Assembly (NCBI GenBank): GCA_964462875.1 | Contig: CAYWZQ010000009.1 | Location: 3,618 to 67,617, forward strand | Direction: 5' to 3' | DNA: 64,000 nucleotides | DNA from: an uncultured Nitrososphaerota archaeon | GTDB lineage: Archaea > Thermoproteota > Methanomethylicia > Culexarchaeales > Culexmicrobiaceae | Shown: piece after piece, positions 28,903-38,522 of the stretch | Numbering within the stretch: the stretch's first letter is position 1 | Layout: each line of letters opens with the position of its first letter | Notes under the pieces: model-generated | What the model was told of the DNA's origin: nothing | The model's database searches: none | The model's input: the letters and a program-made list of their open reading frames with translations, nothing else | Program-made: the position numbers and the translations under genes

Positions 28903-30149
28903 AGAAGTTTACTAATGTAGTATGTACTGGATGCTCTCTTGCATGTAGTGACCTAGTTGTTGAAGTTGAAGATAGTAGAGTGGAAAGGGTTTGGGGAGCT
29001 TGTAGCCATGGAGTAAAGCGTATAAAGGAGCTACCTGCAAAAAGATTGAAAAGTAATTTAAGTGTAAATGAATTGATCGACAAGGCGATTGATCTATTGA
29101 GAAAATCGAGAAAGCCCTTAATTTATGGATTTACTTCAAGTACAATTGAAACCATAAAAATAGGTCTATCGATCGCTGAAAAATTGAATGGAGTTTTTGA
29201 TAGTGAGCCAAGTATATGTCAACTACATATACCAATATCATTTGAAGTAGGCTTAAAGGAAGTTGGATTCGAAGAAGTTCTCGAGAAATCAGACTTCATA
29301 ATATACGCCTTCACCAACATAGCCAGTACTCATCTCAGACATGCAAGCAAATACGCCGTCTATCCTAGAGGGGAGTATGTTAAATCTGGTAAGGAGAGCA
29401 GAATTGTTATGACAATCAACTATAGAATGAATGATACCACTAAAATAGCTCAGCACAACATTAAAGTGGAGCTCGGTAAGGAAGTTGAAGCAATAGCTTC
29501 ATTGAAGAAGCTATTAATCGACGAAGAGCTGAAAGCGTCAGAGAAACTAGGTTTAACACGAGAAGCAGCCCTCCTCTTACTTAATGACTTTAAAGCTTCA
29601 ACTTACACCTCAATATTCGTGGGGCACCATCTACTATCTAGCATTTCAGCTAAAGAAGCCTACCACGAGATAGCTAGTCTCGTAAAAGAGATTGAAGAGA
29701 GAAAGGTTGCTACTTTAATACCACTTGCTGAAGAACTGAATTCCATGGGGGTAGCTAGAATTCTCTATGAAAAATATGGTGCCACACATGCATTAGAGTT
29801 CAAGAATGGGAAAGCGGAAAGCAATCCTACAGTTACAAGTGCATTTTCGAAGTTGATGAGGGAAGAGTTCGACTTAGCACTAATCGTTGGAAGCGATTTA
29901 TTTACATGCATCCCGCTTAGTGTAGCTGTAAAGCTTAAGAAGATACCAGTAATCTATGTTGGGTGTAGGAAAACTTTAATCTCAAAAGTTGCCAATGTAA
30001 GCATCCCAACTTTAATAGTCGGATTAGAGAGTGGAGGAGAGATAGTCAGGTCTGATGGTGTCAGAGTAGAGCTTACTCCGTTTCTAAATCCCCCACCAAG
30101 CATTTTAAGTGAAGAGGAGATTTTAAGTGAGATTTTAAGAGGGCTCTAG
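28899..30149 (+). CDS. fwdB: FwdB-like molybdo/tungstopterin subunit, divergent second copy
   Basis: CTGCSLAC..GAC cluster, KPLIYG, THLRHASKY, GGEIVRSDGV; active-site region degenerate. Confidence 0.75.
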   Translation: MKKFTNVVCTGCSLACSDLVVEVEDSRVERVWGACSHGVKRIKELPAKRLKSNLSVNELIDKAIDLLRKSRKPLIYGFTSSTIETIKIGLSIAEKLNGVFDSEPSICQLHIPISFEVGLKEVGFEEVLEKSDFIIYAFTNIASTHLRHASKYAVYPRGEYVKSGKESRIVMTINYRMNDTTKIAQHNIKVELGKEVEAIASLKKLLIDEELKASEKLGLTREAALLLLNDFKASTYTSIFVGHHLLSSISAKEAYHEIASLVKEIEERKVATLIPLAEELNSMGVARILYEKYGATHALEFKNGKAESNPTVTSAFSKLMREEFDLALIVGSDLFTCIPLSVAVKLKKIPVIYVGCRKTLISKVANVSIPTLIVGLESGGEIVRSDGVRVELTPFLNPPPSILSEEEILSEILRGL

Positions 30150-30150
30150 A

Positions 30151-32520
30151 TTGGTGGCGGGTAGAGATCTAAAGATTGCAGTTCTCATATGCAGGTGCGG
30201 CACAAACATAGCTGGAGTAGTAGATGTCGATTATTTAGTTAAAGAGATATCGCGTGTTGATGGCGTGGTTTGCTATGAGCATGAACACTGGTGTAGTGAA
30301 GATGGACTTCTCAAAATGCGTGAAGTAATTAAAGATGAAAAACCAGATAGAGTAGTCATCGCGGCTTGCACGCCACATCTGCATGAAGAGCTTTTCAGAG
30401 AAAACGCTGAGAAAGCTGGTTTAAATGGTGGATACGTGAAAGTAGTCAACATAAGGGAGCAATGTAGCTGGGTTCATTATAGAGAGCCGAGGAGAGCAAC
30501 CATTAAGGCTTTAGAATTAATTAGAGCTGCTATTGCAGCTGCTCCTTACTTTAGTCCCATTAAGAAAATTAAAGTTCCCATTACTAAGAAAGCTCTCGTA
30601 ATTGGAGGTGGAGTTTCCGGAATAACAGCTTCACTCTCACTAGCTGAAAAAGGTATTGAGGTTTATCTCGTGGAAAGAGAGGGATTCCTTGGAGGCCATA
30701 TGGCTAAACTTGATAAAGTTTTCCCAACAATGGACTGCAGCATTTGCATTCTTGGGCCATTAATGTCGAAGACTTACTCTCACCCTAAAATTAAAGTTTT
30801 AACGTTAAGTGAAGTGAAGGAAGTTGAAGGTGTACCAGGCAACTTCAGAGTTAAGATATTGAAGAGACCGAGATATGTTGACGAAGATAAGTGTAATGGA
30901 TGTAATAAGTGCTTGGAAGTATGCCCAATAGAAGTTCCAAATGAATATAATTATGGGCTAGGATACAGGAAGGCTATTGTGAAACCAGTTGCTGAAACTG
31001 TTCCAATTGCACCATACATTGACATGAAAAACTGTATTCTATGCATGTCATGTGCTGGAGTTTGCGAAAAAGAGGCAATAGATTTTGATCAGAAAGAAGA
31101 GCTTATAGAGCTCAACGTGGGGACAATAATTCTAGCGACAGGATTTGAAATTATAGATCCAAAGGAACTTGAAGAGTATGGTTATGGCAAATTTAGAAAT
31201 GTCATTTTAGGTATCGAATTGGAAAGACTTGTTAACCCGGATGGGCCTACAAGGGGTAGGGTCATTAGAATAAGTGATGGAAAGCCCGTAAGACGGGCAG
31301 CAATAATTCTATGTGCTGGATCCAGAGATGAAAGACACCTCCCATATTGTTGCAAGTTTGGTTGCATGGCCGGATTAAAACACGCAGTTTACTTAACAAG
31401 TTTAATTCCAAAAATTGAAGTTTACATTTTATATACGGATATTAGGGCAGCAGGTAAAGGATTCGAGGAATTTTATCAAAGAGTTAGGCGACTAGAAAAC
31501 GTCCATTTCATTAGAGGCAAGCCTTGTGAAATACTTGAGGATAGTGATGGAAGCATTAAAATACAAGTGTTTGACACCATAGCAGAGGAGCTATTTGAAC
31601 TGAAAGTCGATTTACTAATTCTTGAAGCTGGAATTGTACCTTCAAAGGGAACTAGCGAATTGTCGAAAATGCTTAAAATACCATTAAGCCCTGAGGGATT
31701 CTTCATGGAGTTTCATCCAAAGCTGAGACCAGCTGAAACATTTATTCATGGAGTATTCCTTGCTGGTGCATGCCAAGGACCAAAAGACATATCTGATAGC
31801 GTGTCTCATGCGGGCTTAGCAGCCTCTAAAGCAGCAACTCTGTTAATGTCTGAGAGCTTGGAGCTCCAAGTCCAAGCACCAGAAGTTGACACAAATAAAT
31901 GTGTTAAGTGCGGGCTCTGCGTTATATCCTGCGATTATAATGCCATAAAATTGACTAGAGAAGGCCCGGTGATAGCAACTGAACTCTGCGGTGGATGTCA
32001 AGCATGTGTAGCAGCCTGTCCTACTGGAGCGCTCAAACCAGTAGTGGATTTGAGTAATGAAGCAATATCAGCTATGATAGGGGAGCTGTTAAGGGAGAAG
32101 AGCGAGTATCCATTAATCATAGTGTTTGCATGTAAGTGGTGCGGTTATGAAGCGTTAGACTATGCGGGTGTAAATAGAATACCATATCCGACCGGTGTGA
32201 GAGTGATAGAGGTTACATGCTCTGCTAGAGTTAATCCAATACATATCCTCGAAGCATTGAAACTAGGTGCTGATGGAGTACTAATAATTGGGTGTAGAGA
32301 GCAAGACTGCCACTATAGAACTGGAAGGATTAGAGCCAATAGAAAACTTAATGCTTTAAAGGAAGCTCTAAAGCTTATAGGGATAAATCCAGATAGAGTT
32401 AAGATCATTGGTGCAGGGGCATCTGAAGGCGAAGAAGCAGCTAAGAAAATAACTGAATTTATTGAGGAAATAAAGAAAATTGGACCTTTAGGAACCGAAT
32501 TTGGGCGGGAGAAACTGTGA
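30151..32520 (+). CDS. hdrA: HdrA-MvhD fusion (electron-bifurcating flavoprotein)
   Basis: CRCGTNIAG, AACTP, NIREQCSWVH, GGGVSG, LDKVFPTMDCS, CAGSRD, GPKDI, four ferredoxin motifs; C-terminal MvhD FACKWCGY..CSARV..GC..DCHY. Confidence 0.93.
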   Translation: MVAGRDLKIAVLICRCGTNIAGVVDVDYLVKEISRVDGVVCYEHEHWCSEDGLLKMREVIKDEKPDRVVIAACTPHLHEELFRENAEKAGLNGGYVKVVNIREQCSWVHYREPRRATIKALELIRAAIAAAPYFSPIKKIKVPITKKALVIGGGVSGITASLSLAEKGIEVYLVEREGFLGGHMAKLDKVFPTMDCSICILGPLMSKTYSHPKIKVLTLSEVKEVEGVPGNFRVKILKRPRYVDEDKCNGCNKCLEVCPIEVPNEYNYGLGYRKAIVKPVAETVPIAPYIDMKNCILCMSCAGVCEKEAIDFDQKEELIELNVGTIILATGFEIIDPKELEEYGYGKFRNVILGIELERLVNPDGPTRGRVIRISDGKPVRRAAIILCAGSRDERHLPYCCKFGCMAGLKHAVYLTSLIPKIEVYILYTDIRAAGKGFEEFYQRVRRLENVHFIRGKPCEILEDSDGSIKIQVFDTIAEELFELKVDLLILEAGIVPSKGTSELSKMLKIPLSPEGFFMEFHPKLRPAETFIHGVFLAGACQGPKDISDSVSHAGLAASKAATLLMSESLELQVQAPEVDTNKCVKCGLCVISCDYNAIKLTREGPVIATELCGGCQACVAACPTGALKPVVDLSNEAISAMIGELLREKSEYPLIIVFACKWCGYEALDYAGVNRIPYPTGVRVIEVTCSARVNPIHILEALKLGADGVLIIGCREQDCHYRTGRIRANRKLNALKEALKLIGINPDRVKIIGAGASEGEEAAKKITEFIEEIKKIGPLGTEFGREKL

Positions 32521-33800
32521 GCATTGAAAAACCAACTTTACAGTTAATAGAATTCAATCACATCATAAAGTATGAGTGGGTAGCTCCGAAGCTTATTAAG
32601 AGATTGAAGTACTTTAAAGATAAATGCAACGGCTGTGGATTATGCGTAGAAGTTTGCCCTGTAAATGCAATAATGCTTGGTCCCGTAAAAGAGGTTGCAT
32701 CTGGAGAAATGGAGGCACCACTAATAATAATCGATGAAACCAAATGCATAGCGTGCCCTTTATGCATGCTGATATGTCCATTAAATGCCATAGTACTTGA
32801 ACACGAAAAGATACTTGAGTACCCAAAAGTTGAAGGTGAAATCAAAGTAGATAAGGAAAAATGCATACCGTGCCTGTTATGCGAGAAGATATGCCCACTT
32901 AAGGCCATAGAGGTTGAAGTTAAAGTTCCTAAAAAGGATGAACTTGTTAAGTACGTGTCTGATGAAAAATGGGCCGAGGGGTCCATATTTATAAACGAGG
33001 AAAAGTGCGTTTACTGTGGACTTTGTGAACTGCTGTGTGATGCTATAAAAATTTATTGGAGCGAACCAAAACCGCCAGAGTATAGGCCAGCACTTGGCAT
33101 TGTAATTGACGAAAGTAAGTGTGATTACTGTGAGCTATGTGAAGAAATATGCCCAGTTGATGCAATTAAGGTTGAATGCACTTCTTCAGCCCCAAGAAAA
33201 ATATTTAAAGTATCGATATCTGGTGAAGTTAAAATTGATAGAGATAAGTGTGTTTATTGTGGTTTATGCGAACATGTCTGTCCAGTTGAGGCGATGGAAG
33301 TTGAGAGAGCACTTGAAGGTAGAATTGAGCTAGTGAACTTGGAGAAATGCGATCCATCAGGATGCAAAAACTGCATCAACATTTGTCCAACTAATGCAAT
33401 ATTCGCGAGAAAAAAGGAGAAAGGTATCAGTATTAGCGATAAAAGTTGTATATACTGTGGAGCCTGTGAAAATGCTTGTCCGGAGCAGGTAATTGAGGTG
33501 AGAATTTCTAAGATTAAAGTTAAAGGAAGGAAAAGTCCGCATGACGAAGCTTTAAGGAAGCACTTAATGAAGGTTATTGAGGACTATGAAATTCCTAAGC
33601 CAGAGATTTACATTAGAGAAGTTAAGCCTCCGGAAATTAAAGTAGAATTACCTGAGGCTATGGAAGTGCCTCCTAAGCCTGAGGGGTACGATACTGCAAG
33701 AAAGGCTATTGACGAGTTACTAGGGCACTTACGGAGTAGTAAGACGAGAATTCTACTTGAATTAGGGAAAATAGATAAATTGAAGGAGGTTATAGTTTGA
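32517..33800 (+). CDS. fwdF: FwdF-like polyferredoxin
   Basis: Eight CxxCxxCxxxC-type motifs; CNGCGLCVEVCP..LGPV..IIIDETKC pattern. Confidence 0.85.
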   Translation: MSIEKPTLQLIEFNHIIKYEWVAPKLIKRLKYFKDKCNGCGLCVEVCPVNAIMLGPVKEVASGEMEAPLIIIDETKCIACPLCMLICPLNAIVLEHEKILEYPKVEGEIKVDKEKCIPCLLCEKICPLKAIEVEVKVPKKDELVKYVSDEKWAEGSIFINEEKCVYCGLCELLCDAIKIYWSEPKPPEYRPALGIVIDESKCDYCELCEEICPVDAIKVECTSSAPRKIFKVSISGEVKIDRDKCVYCGLCEHVCPVEAMEVERALEGRIELVNLEKCDPSGCKNCINICPTNAIFARKKEKGISISDKSCIYCGACENACPEQVIEVRISKIKVKGRKSPHDEALRKHLMKVIEDYEIPKPEIYIREVKPPEIKVELPEAMEVPPKPEGYDTARKAIDELLGHLRSSKTRILLELGKIDKLKEVIV

Positions 33801-33811
33801 AGCACCTTCAA

Positions 33812-34204
33812 TTACTGTTCAGGTGAAATTAGTGAAATTAAGCTGGTTAGTGAGGTACATAGCGCTGGCTTAACTGTGACCTTAATTCGCCCGTAAACTG
33901 GATGCCCTTCACTACTAACTATTGGTGGGATTAGGGCCATAGACCAAGGACTAAGGGGCATTATTATTAGCCCTTCCTCAATGTCCTCTTTACTGAAAGC
34001 TTTAACTACGACTTTTGAGGTCATGAATGAAAGCTCTATGCAATCACCATCTTTAATGCCAAGTTTCTCCATATCAGTTTTTGATAGAAAAGCTAACGCA
34101 CAGAATTTCACATATTCATCACTGCAAGTACTGATCTTTGATGCTAACTCTTGGTCGTGTGTACGCTCAATTAGTAATGTGAGCCTTAGCATTTCACTCT
34201 TCAC
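33812..34204 (-). CDS. fwdD: FwdD-like molybdopterin-dinucleotide-binding domain, divergent
   Basis: DMEKLGIKDGD..VVVKA..GLIIMPLSPW; lacks the TGR motif of the FwdD domain at 48885. Confidence 0.7.
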   Translation of the reverse strand: MKSEMLRLTLLIERTHDQELASKISTCSDEYVKFCALAFLSKTDMEKLGIKDGDCIELSFMTSKVVVKAFSKEDIEEGLIIMPLSPWSMALIPPIVSSEGHPVYGRIKVTVKPALCTSLTSLISLISPEQ

Positions 34205-35630
34205 TCTTTTCCCCGAAAACTTCTGGAATCCATACTTTATCTATAAACTTCTTTATATTGGCAGAATCTCTTGGACCGACGAATACTCTCCAATCCTTAA
34301 GCATATCTTCTAATTCACCACTTAAACGAGCTGCATAGCCCGGCAATATGATTGTCTTATGCTTTACCTTTTCAGCTAAATTGAATTCTTGCACTGCTTC
34401 AGCTATCTTATCTGATGTGAACTTCTTACCTGCAACAGCAGATTCTACGCTTATACCTTCAGTATCGATGACGAGGAGCCATGCATCGATTTTCGCTTTT
34501 TCAACATCATCCTTGACTAAGTAGTATGTTAATGCGAAGTTTCCAGTTACTAGTAGCGGTGAGTTTTCATTAGGCTTTCCAATCTCGTAGAGGCCGGGCT
34601 TAACTGATGGTGGTACTCTTGGGTCGGTATATACGCAATCTCTCCACACAATTACTGGTAGTATGGGCCAGACATCAGTACTGTGCATTATAAGGATGTC
34701 AGCATATCTTGACATTAGGGATGATGCAATTATCGATTCAATATATGCTTTTTCCTCCGGAGACTTCTCCTTATCAAGCCAAATAACTGCTGGTACACCC
34801 AGAAGTGGATAGCCAAGAAGCTCATCGCCTTCCTCTATAGCTGCGTATCGAAGAGCACTGAATAAGCTTATAGTGTCAATTATTGAATCTCCTAGGTTAG
34901 TTCCTGGATCAAGAACTAGGTCGTCAAGACCGAAGTGTTCTTTCAAAGACTTAACAAGTGATCTTAGAAGGTCAGGATTTCCCGGTGCTGATACGACAAG
35001 CGGGCATTTGTATTTAATCGATAAATTCGCCACATCCTTCCAGTTCCTTTCGTTTGCAGCATATATTAGTGGCTTTCTATCCTTAGCTACGATTAAAGCT
35101 TCTTCAAGCACGTTCGGATCGTAAGAGCATAGAATGAAAGGTTTAGAGGTTAACTTCATGACTCTTGAGACTACTTTTGCAAACTTCTCTGGTATGCCCG
35201 AAACGCATCTAATGGCTAATCCATCAAGTGTTAGCTCCTTTCCTATTCTAATATATTTGAATTCATTTACGAACTTCACTCTCTTACTTATCTCATCTTC
35301 GTCCATTTCATCATGAATATCAATCATTATTGCAGTTTGAAATCTCCATGTCCATTCATGCCTGTAAACTACATCTTTTCCGCCAATTTTTACTTCATGG
35401 GGAGGGACACCGAAAAGTACCTCCTTAACTGGTGGACGAATCAGTTTTAGCAGTTCTTTTAACTTTGAAGCGTATCTTGGGTCTCTAAATAGAGGTTTAC
35501 ATTTTTCAACTGAAACCTCTCTTTCTATTAATTTACTGGCAAAAGCCATACAGCTTTTCTCTCCACATTCACCGCAGTTAGTTTGAGGTAGATATCGATA
35601 AACTTGAAGTGGATTCAATCTCTTGGGCAT
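34194..35630 (-). CDS. cdhE: CODH/ACS gamma subunit (corrinoid Fe-S protein large subunit)
   Basis: LPQTNCGECG..CMAFA, YRHE, YTDPRVP, VTGNFALTYY, GPRDS. Confidence 0.95.
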   Translation of the reverse strand: MPKRLNPLQVYRYLPQTNCGECGEKSCMAFASKLIEREVSVEKCKPLFRDPRYASKLKELLKLIRPPVKEVLFGVPPHEVKIGGKDVVYRHEWTWRFQTAIMIDIHDEMDEDEISKRVKFVNEFKYIRIGKELTLDGLAIRCVSGIPEKFAKVVSRVMKLTSKPFILCSYDPNVLEEALIVAKDRKPLIYAANERNWKDVANLSIKYKCPLVVSAPGNPDLLRSLVKSLKEHFGLDDLVLDPGTNLGDSIIDTISLFSALRYAAIEEGDELLGYPLLGVPAVIWLDKEKSPEEKAYIESIIASSLMSRYADILIMHSTDVWPILPVIVWRDCVYTDPRVPPSVKPGLYEIGKPNENSPLLVTGNFALTYYLVKDDVEKAKIDAWLLVIDTEGISVESAVAGKKFTSDKIAEAVQEFNLAEKVKHKTIILPGYAARLSGELEDMLKDWRVFVGPRDSANIKKFIDKVWIPEVFGEKSEE

Positions 35631-35642
35631 AAATATCCCTCC

Positions 35643-36926
35643 CTAATACTTTGCAGTAACCCAGCTTTCATACCCAGCTTCACTTAATGGCTTCCTCACC
35701 TTCTTTAGTGCTTCAGCGAACATTCTTATGGTGCGCATTGCTCTTGGATGCAACATCATAAATAAATCCGTGCCAGCTAGTAGAGCAATAATAGCTGTTG
35801 AGACCTCCCAGAGAGGCCCTCTAATCTCTCTAGGTCCAAGTGATGGATCCTTACTTCTAGCTTCTCTTGCAGCCCATGCATTTGATGAGGCCGAGCACAT
35901 AGGTACTTGAAGTACTTCCTCTCCTAGCAGAGCTGAAAGTCTAATTCTCTCCATTATACTGAATGAATATTCAATACCGTAACCCAAGGCGCCAGTGGTT
36001 GGATCTAAAATTATTCTATTCTTTGGTAGACCTGCCTCCATAGCCTTCCTACAGAGATCCTTAGCTTGGTTAATATCTATGAAAGCGAGTGCTATCACAT
36101 CGTGACCATGCTCTTTTATTGGCTTGACAGCTTTCTCGATGTTCATGTCAAGTGTTATTGAGTTAAATACTATACGCTCACCTGCAGTTACTTCAGCAAG
36201 TTTAGTAAAGAGCTTGACATCTTTTTCAGGATCTCCGGAGCCACCAATGATTAATGGTACTTTAACTGCTTGGAGCACGTTCTCAACTACCTTAGCAGCT
36301 TCACTGACAGGCGTATCTTTTATTCCCGGATCAGTGCTTATCAAGTGCAATGAGATGATGTCCGCGCCGAATTTCTCAACTGCAACCCTGGCCCACTCAG
36401 CAGGATCATTTATAGCATCACCATAAATCTCCCTTACTGGCCGAGGGGCAGACGGCATGTCGAATACGTCTAAAGTAGCAACCATTGGATTTGGTGGTGT
36501 TTCAGCAAATAGGAAGAATGGCATTGATGATGATCCACCAACCTTAATAATGTGACTCCTAGTGCCACCTTCACTTTTTGTTGCTCCAATTGTAACTTCA
36601 GCTATCTTACCTTTGAATGGTAGTTTTGGATACTCAAATTTTACTTTAATGAGCTCTACAGGTTTAGGCTTTGCTGGAGGAGCTGGAGGTAGCGATATTA
36701 ATCTAACACCTTGAGGTGAAGCCTCAACTAGTAACTCTAACTTACTAGCTCCAGTTAGAGGTTCGAGGGTTAACTTAAAGTAACCGGGCATTTGGGGTGC
36801 TTGAGGAGGTATGAAAGTTACTGTTAATTCATCAGCATCAATAACTACGTCAGTTAACTCTATCTCCTCAGCTTCTGAAATTAAATTAAGCAAATCTTTG
36901 AAGGCTTTCCTCTTATGTTCCTCCAC
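35643..36926 (-). CDS. cdhD: CODH/ACS delta subunit (corrinoid Fe-S protein small subunit)
   Basis: GATKSEGGTR, HLISTDP, IGGSG, DPTTGALGYGIEY, NAWAAREA, MMLHP. Confidence 0.95.
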   Translation of the reverse strand: MEEHKRKAFKDLLNLISEAEEIELTDVVIDADELTVTFIPPQAPQMPGYFKLTLEPLTGASKLELLVEASPQGVRLISLPPAPPAKPKPVELIKVKFEYPKLPFKGKIAEVTIGATKSEGGTRSHIIKVGGSSSMPFFLFAETPPNPMVATLDVFDMPSAPRPVREIYGDAINDPAEWARVAVEKFGADIISLHLISTDPGIKDTPVSEAAKVVENVLQAVKVPLIIGGSGDPEKDVKLFTKLAEVTAGERIVFNSITLDMNIEKAVKPIKEHGHDVIALAFIDINQAKDLCRKAMEAGLPKNRIILDPTTGALGYGIEYSFSIMERIRLSALLGEEVLQVPMCSASSNAWAAREARSKDPSLGPREIRGPLWEVSTAIIALLAGTDLFMMLHPRAMRTIRMFAEALKKVRKPLSEAGYESWVTAKY

Positions 36927-37080
36927 TTTGCCTACCCCTCTCCCTGGAAATTATCATTTTATTTGCCCTAATCTCTACACCTTCAAGTTCCACTACGTAG
37001 TTCCGCTTTAGCAAATTAGTAATGAAGGATATTAAATCTGATAATGGTTCCTCAGCTTTCTTCTCGGATTTCTCACTCAA
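36913..37080 (-). CDS. Small 55-aa protein in the cdh operon (not in ORF track)
   Basis: TTG start 2 nt after the cdhC stop; MSEKSEKKAEEPLSDLISFITNLLKRNYVVELEGVEIRANKMIISRERGRQSGGT*; fills the whole cdhC-cdhD gap and overlaps the cdhD start. Confidence 0.75.
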   Translation of the reverse strand: MSEKSEKKAEEPLSDLISFITNLLKRNYVVELEGVEIRANKMIISRERGRQSGGT

Positions 37081-37082
37081 TA

Positions 37083-38519
37083 CTACTTCCCACCAGCTTT
37101 CTTTATGATTAGTTTATTAATCTTAATCTTGACACCTTTAAGTGCTATCTTAAATGGTACTGCCGAAGCTGCGGGTTGAATTGGAACTGTCGGTATTTGA
37201 GGAGCAGTTATTGGGGTGACCTCTGGAGCAGCTGTAGGTGCTGCTGGTGGTGCAACTTCAACAGCAGCTGCTTCTTCGGCTTTAGCTTTTTCCTCCATCT
37301 CCTTAATTTTCTCAGCTAGTGGATGCCCTCTCTCAATTAGGAACTTCTTTAACTCCTCAATGTCAGTTGCATCTTCCTCAGTTGCAATTTTATCGTATAG
37401 ATCTGGTGGAATAGCATCCTTCACTCTTTCTTTAAGCTCCTTGGGCATCCACACTATGCGTTTCCATCCACCATCAGCGTAGAAGAACTTCCTTGACCTC
37501 ATCCACTCAATTCCAATACCCAGGAAACCTTCAGTTTGCATTCCACCACCAGCTTGAGCCGCCATAGTTGAGAAAGGTAGCCCGTTTACTGCTGTTCCCT
37601 TGAATCCTCTATGAACAATACCTATGCCGTCAACTTCAGGAATGTAGAAGGCTATTGCCTCAAAGCATCCGCATGAAGTGTGCGGGTAGCCAAACATGCT
37701 ATATAAGTATACCCTCTTAACTTCACCTAGAGACCTCTTCGCAACTACCTCGTTTACCCCACTCCATTCTCCCTTAACTGGATCCAAGCATTCCCCTTTG
37801 GGAATTGGAAAGTTAGGACCTTTGGGATCTATATTTGCTGCAGCTCTAGCGTCAAGCCAAGTTAATGCACCACAAAGGGCTACTCTTTCAGGAGTTATTA
37901 CACATACATGCGTTGGAGCGAATGATTGGCAGAGAACACAGCCATAGAACATGTCCACTTCCTCATCCTTTAATCCACGAACTCTAGCATCACGCTTCTC
38001 GTATACCTTTAATGCCTCTTGATACCATTTCTTCACTTCTTCAGGGTCAGTTATGAAAGTTACTTGCATCTTCTCTATGTAGGGCATTTCAGACTTGAAT
38101 AGTAGTATTAGAGCTTTCCCCCACCACTTTAAGGAATTTAACCCTTTCTTAACTGCTTTCTTCGATATTCTAATCCAAATATCATACCTCTGGTTTAAGT
38201 GCATTATTCCTTCAATGTAATTCGTGTACATGTGAATTCGACGCTCAATGACTCCTTCAAGGTCTTCCTCAAGCTTCTTACCAGCTACATATATTAAGAT
38301 TCCGAGGGGATATGATCCGCCCTCCTTGAGCTCCATTAGGTCTGGGCCTATAATCTCGACTTTTCCATCTTCAACTTCATCTAATGGCTTAACCCTCACT
38401 AGCTCAAACTTATAGTCTATCTTGGGGCCTCCAAGTTCAACATACATATTTTTTCTTCTAACCCTCTGACCTTCAAAGGCAGGACTTATCTCTACCGGGA
38501 AGTCTTTAAAAGCTGACAT
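37083..38519 (-). CDS. cdhC: Acetyl-CoA synthase, CODH/ACS beta subunit
   Basis: A-cluster ligands CVLCQSF..HVC..LCG, HTSCGCFE; Pro/Ala-rich linker and basic tail. Confidence 0.96.
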   Translation of the reverse strand: MSAFKDFPVEISPAFEGQRVRRKNMYVELGGPKIDYKFELVRVKPLDEVEDGKVEIIGPDLMELKEGGSYPLGILIYVAGKKLEEDLEGVIERRIHMYTNYIEGIMHLNQRYDIWIRISKKAVKKGLNSLKWWGKALILLFKSEMPYIEKMQVTFITDPEEVKKWYQEALKVYEKRDARVRGLKDEEVDMFYGCVLCQSFAPTHVCVITPERVALCGALTWLDARAAANIDPKGPNFPIPKGECLDPVKGEWSGVNEVVAKRSLGEVKRVYLYSMFGYPHTSCGCFEAIAFYIPEVDGIGIVHRGFKGTAVNGLPFSTMAAQAGGGMQTEGFLGIGIEWMRSRKFFYADGGWKRIVWMPKELKERVKDAIPPDLYDKIATEEDATDIEELKKFLIERGHPLAEKIKEMEEKAKAEEAAAVEVAPPAAPTAAPEVTPITAPQIPTVPIQPAASAVPFKIALKGVKIKINKLIIKKAGGK

Positions 38520-38522
38520 GCT

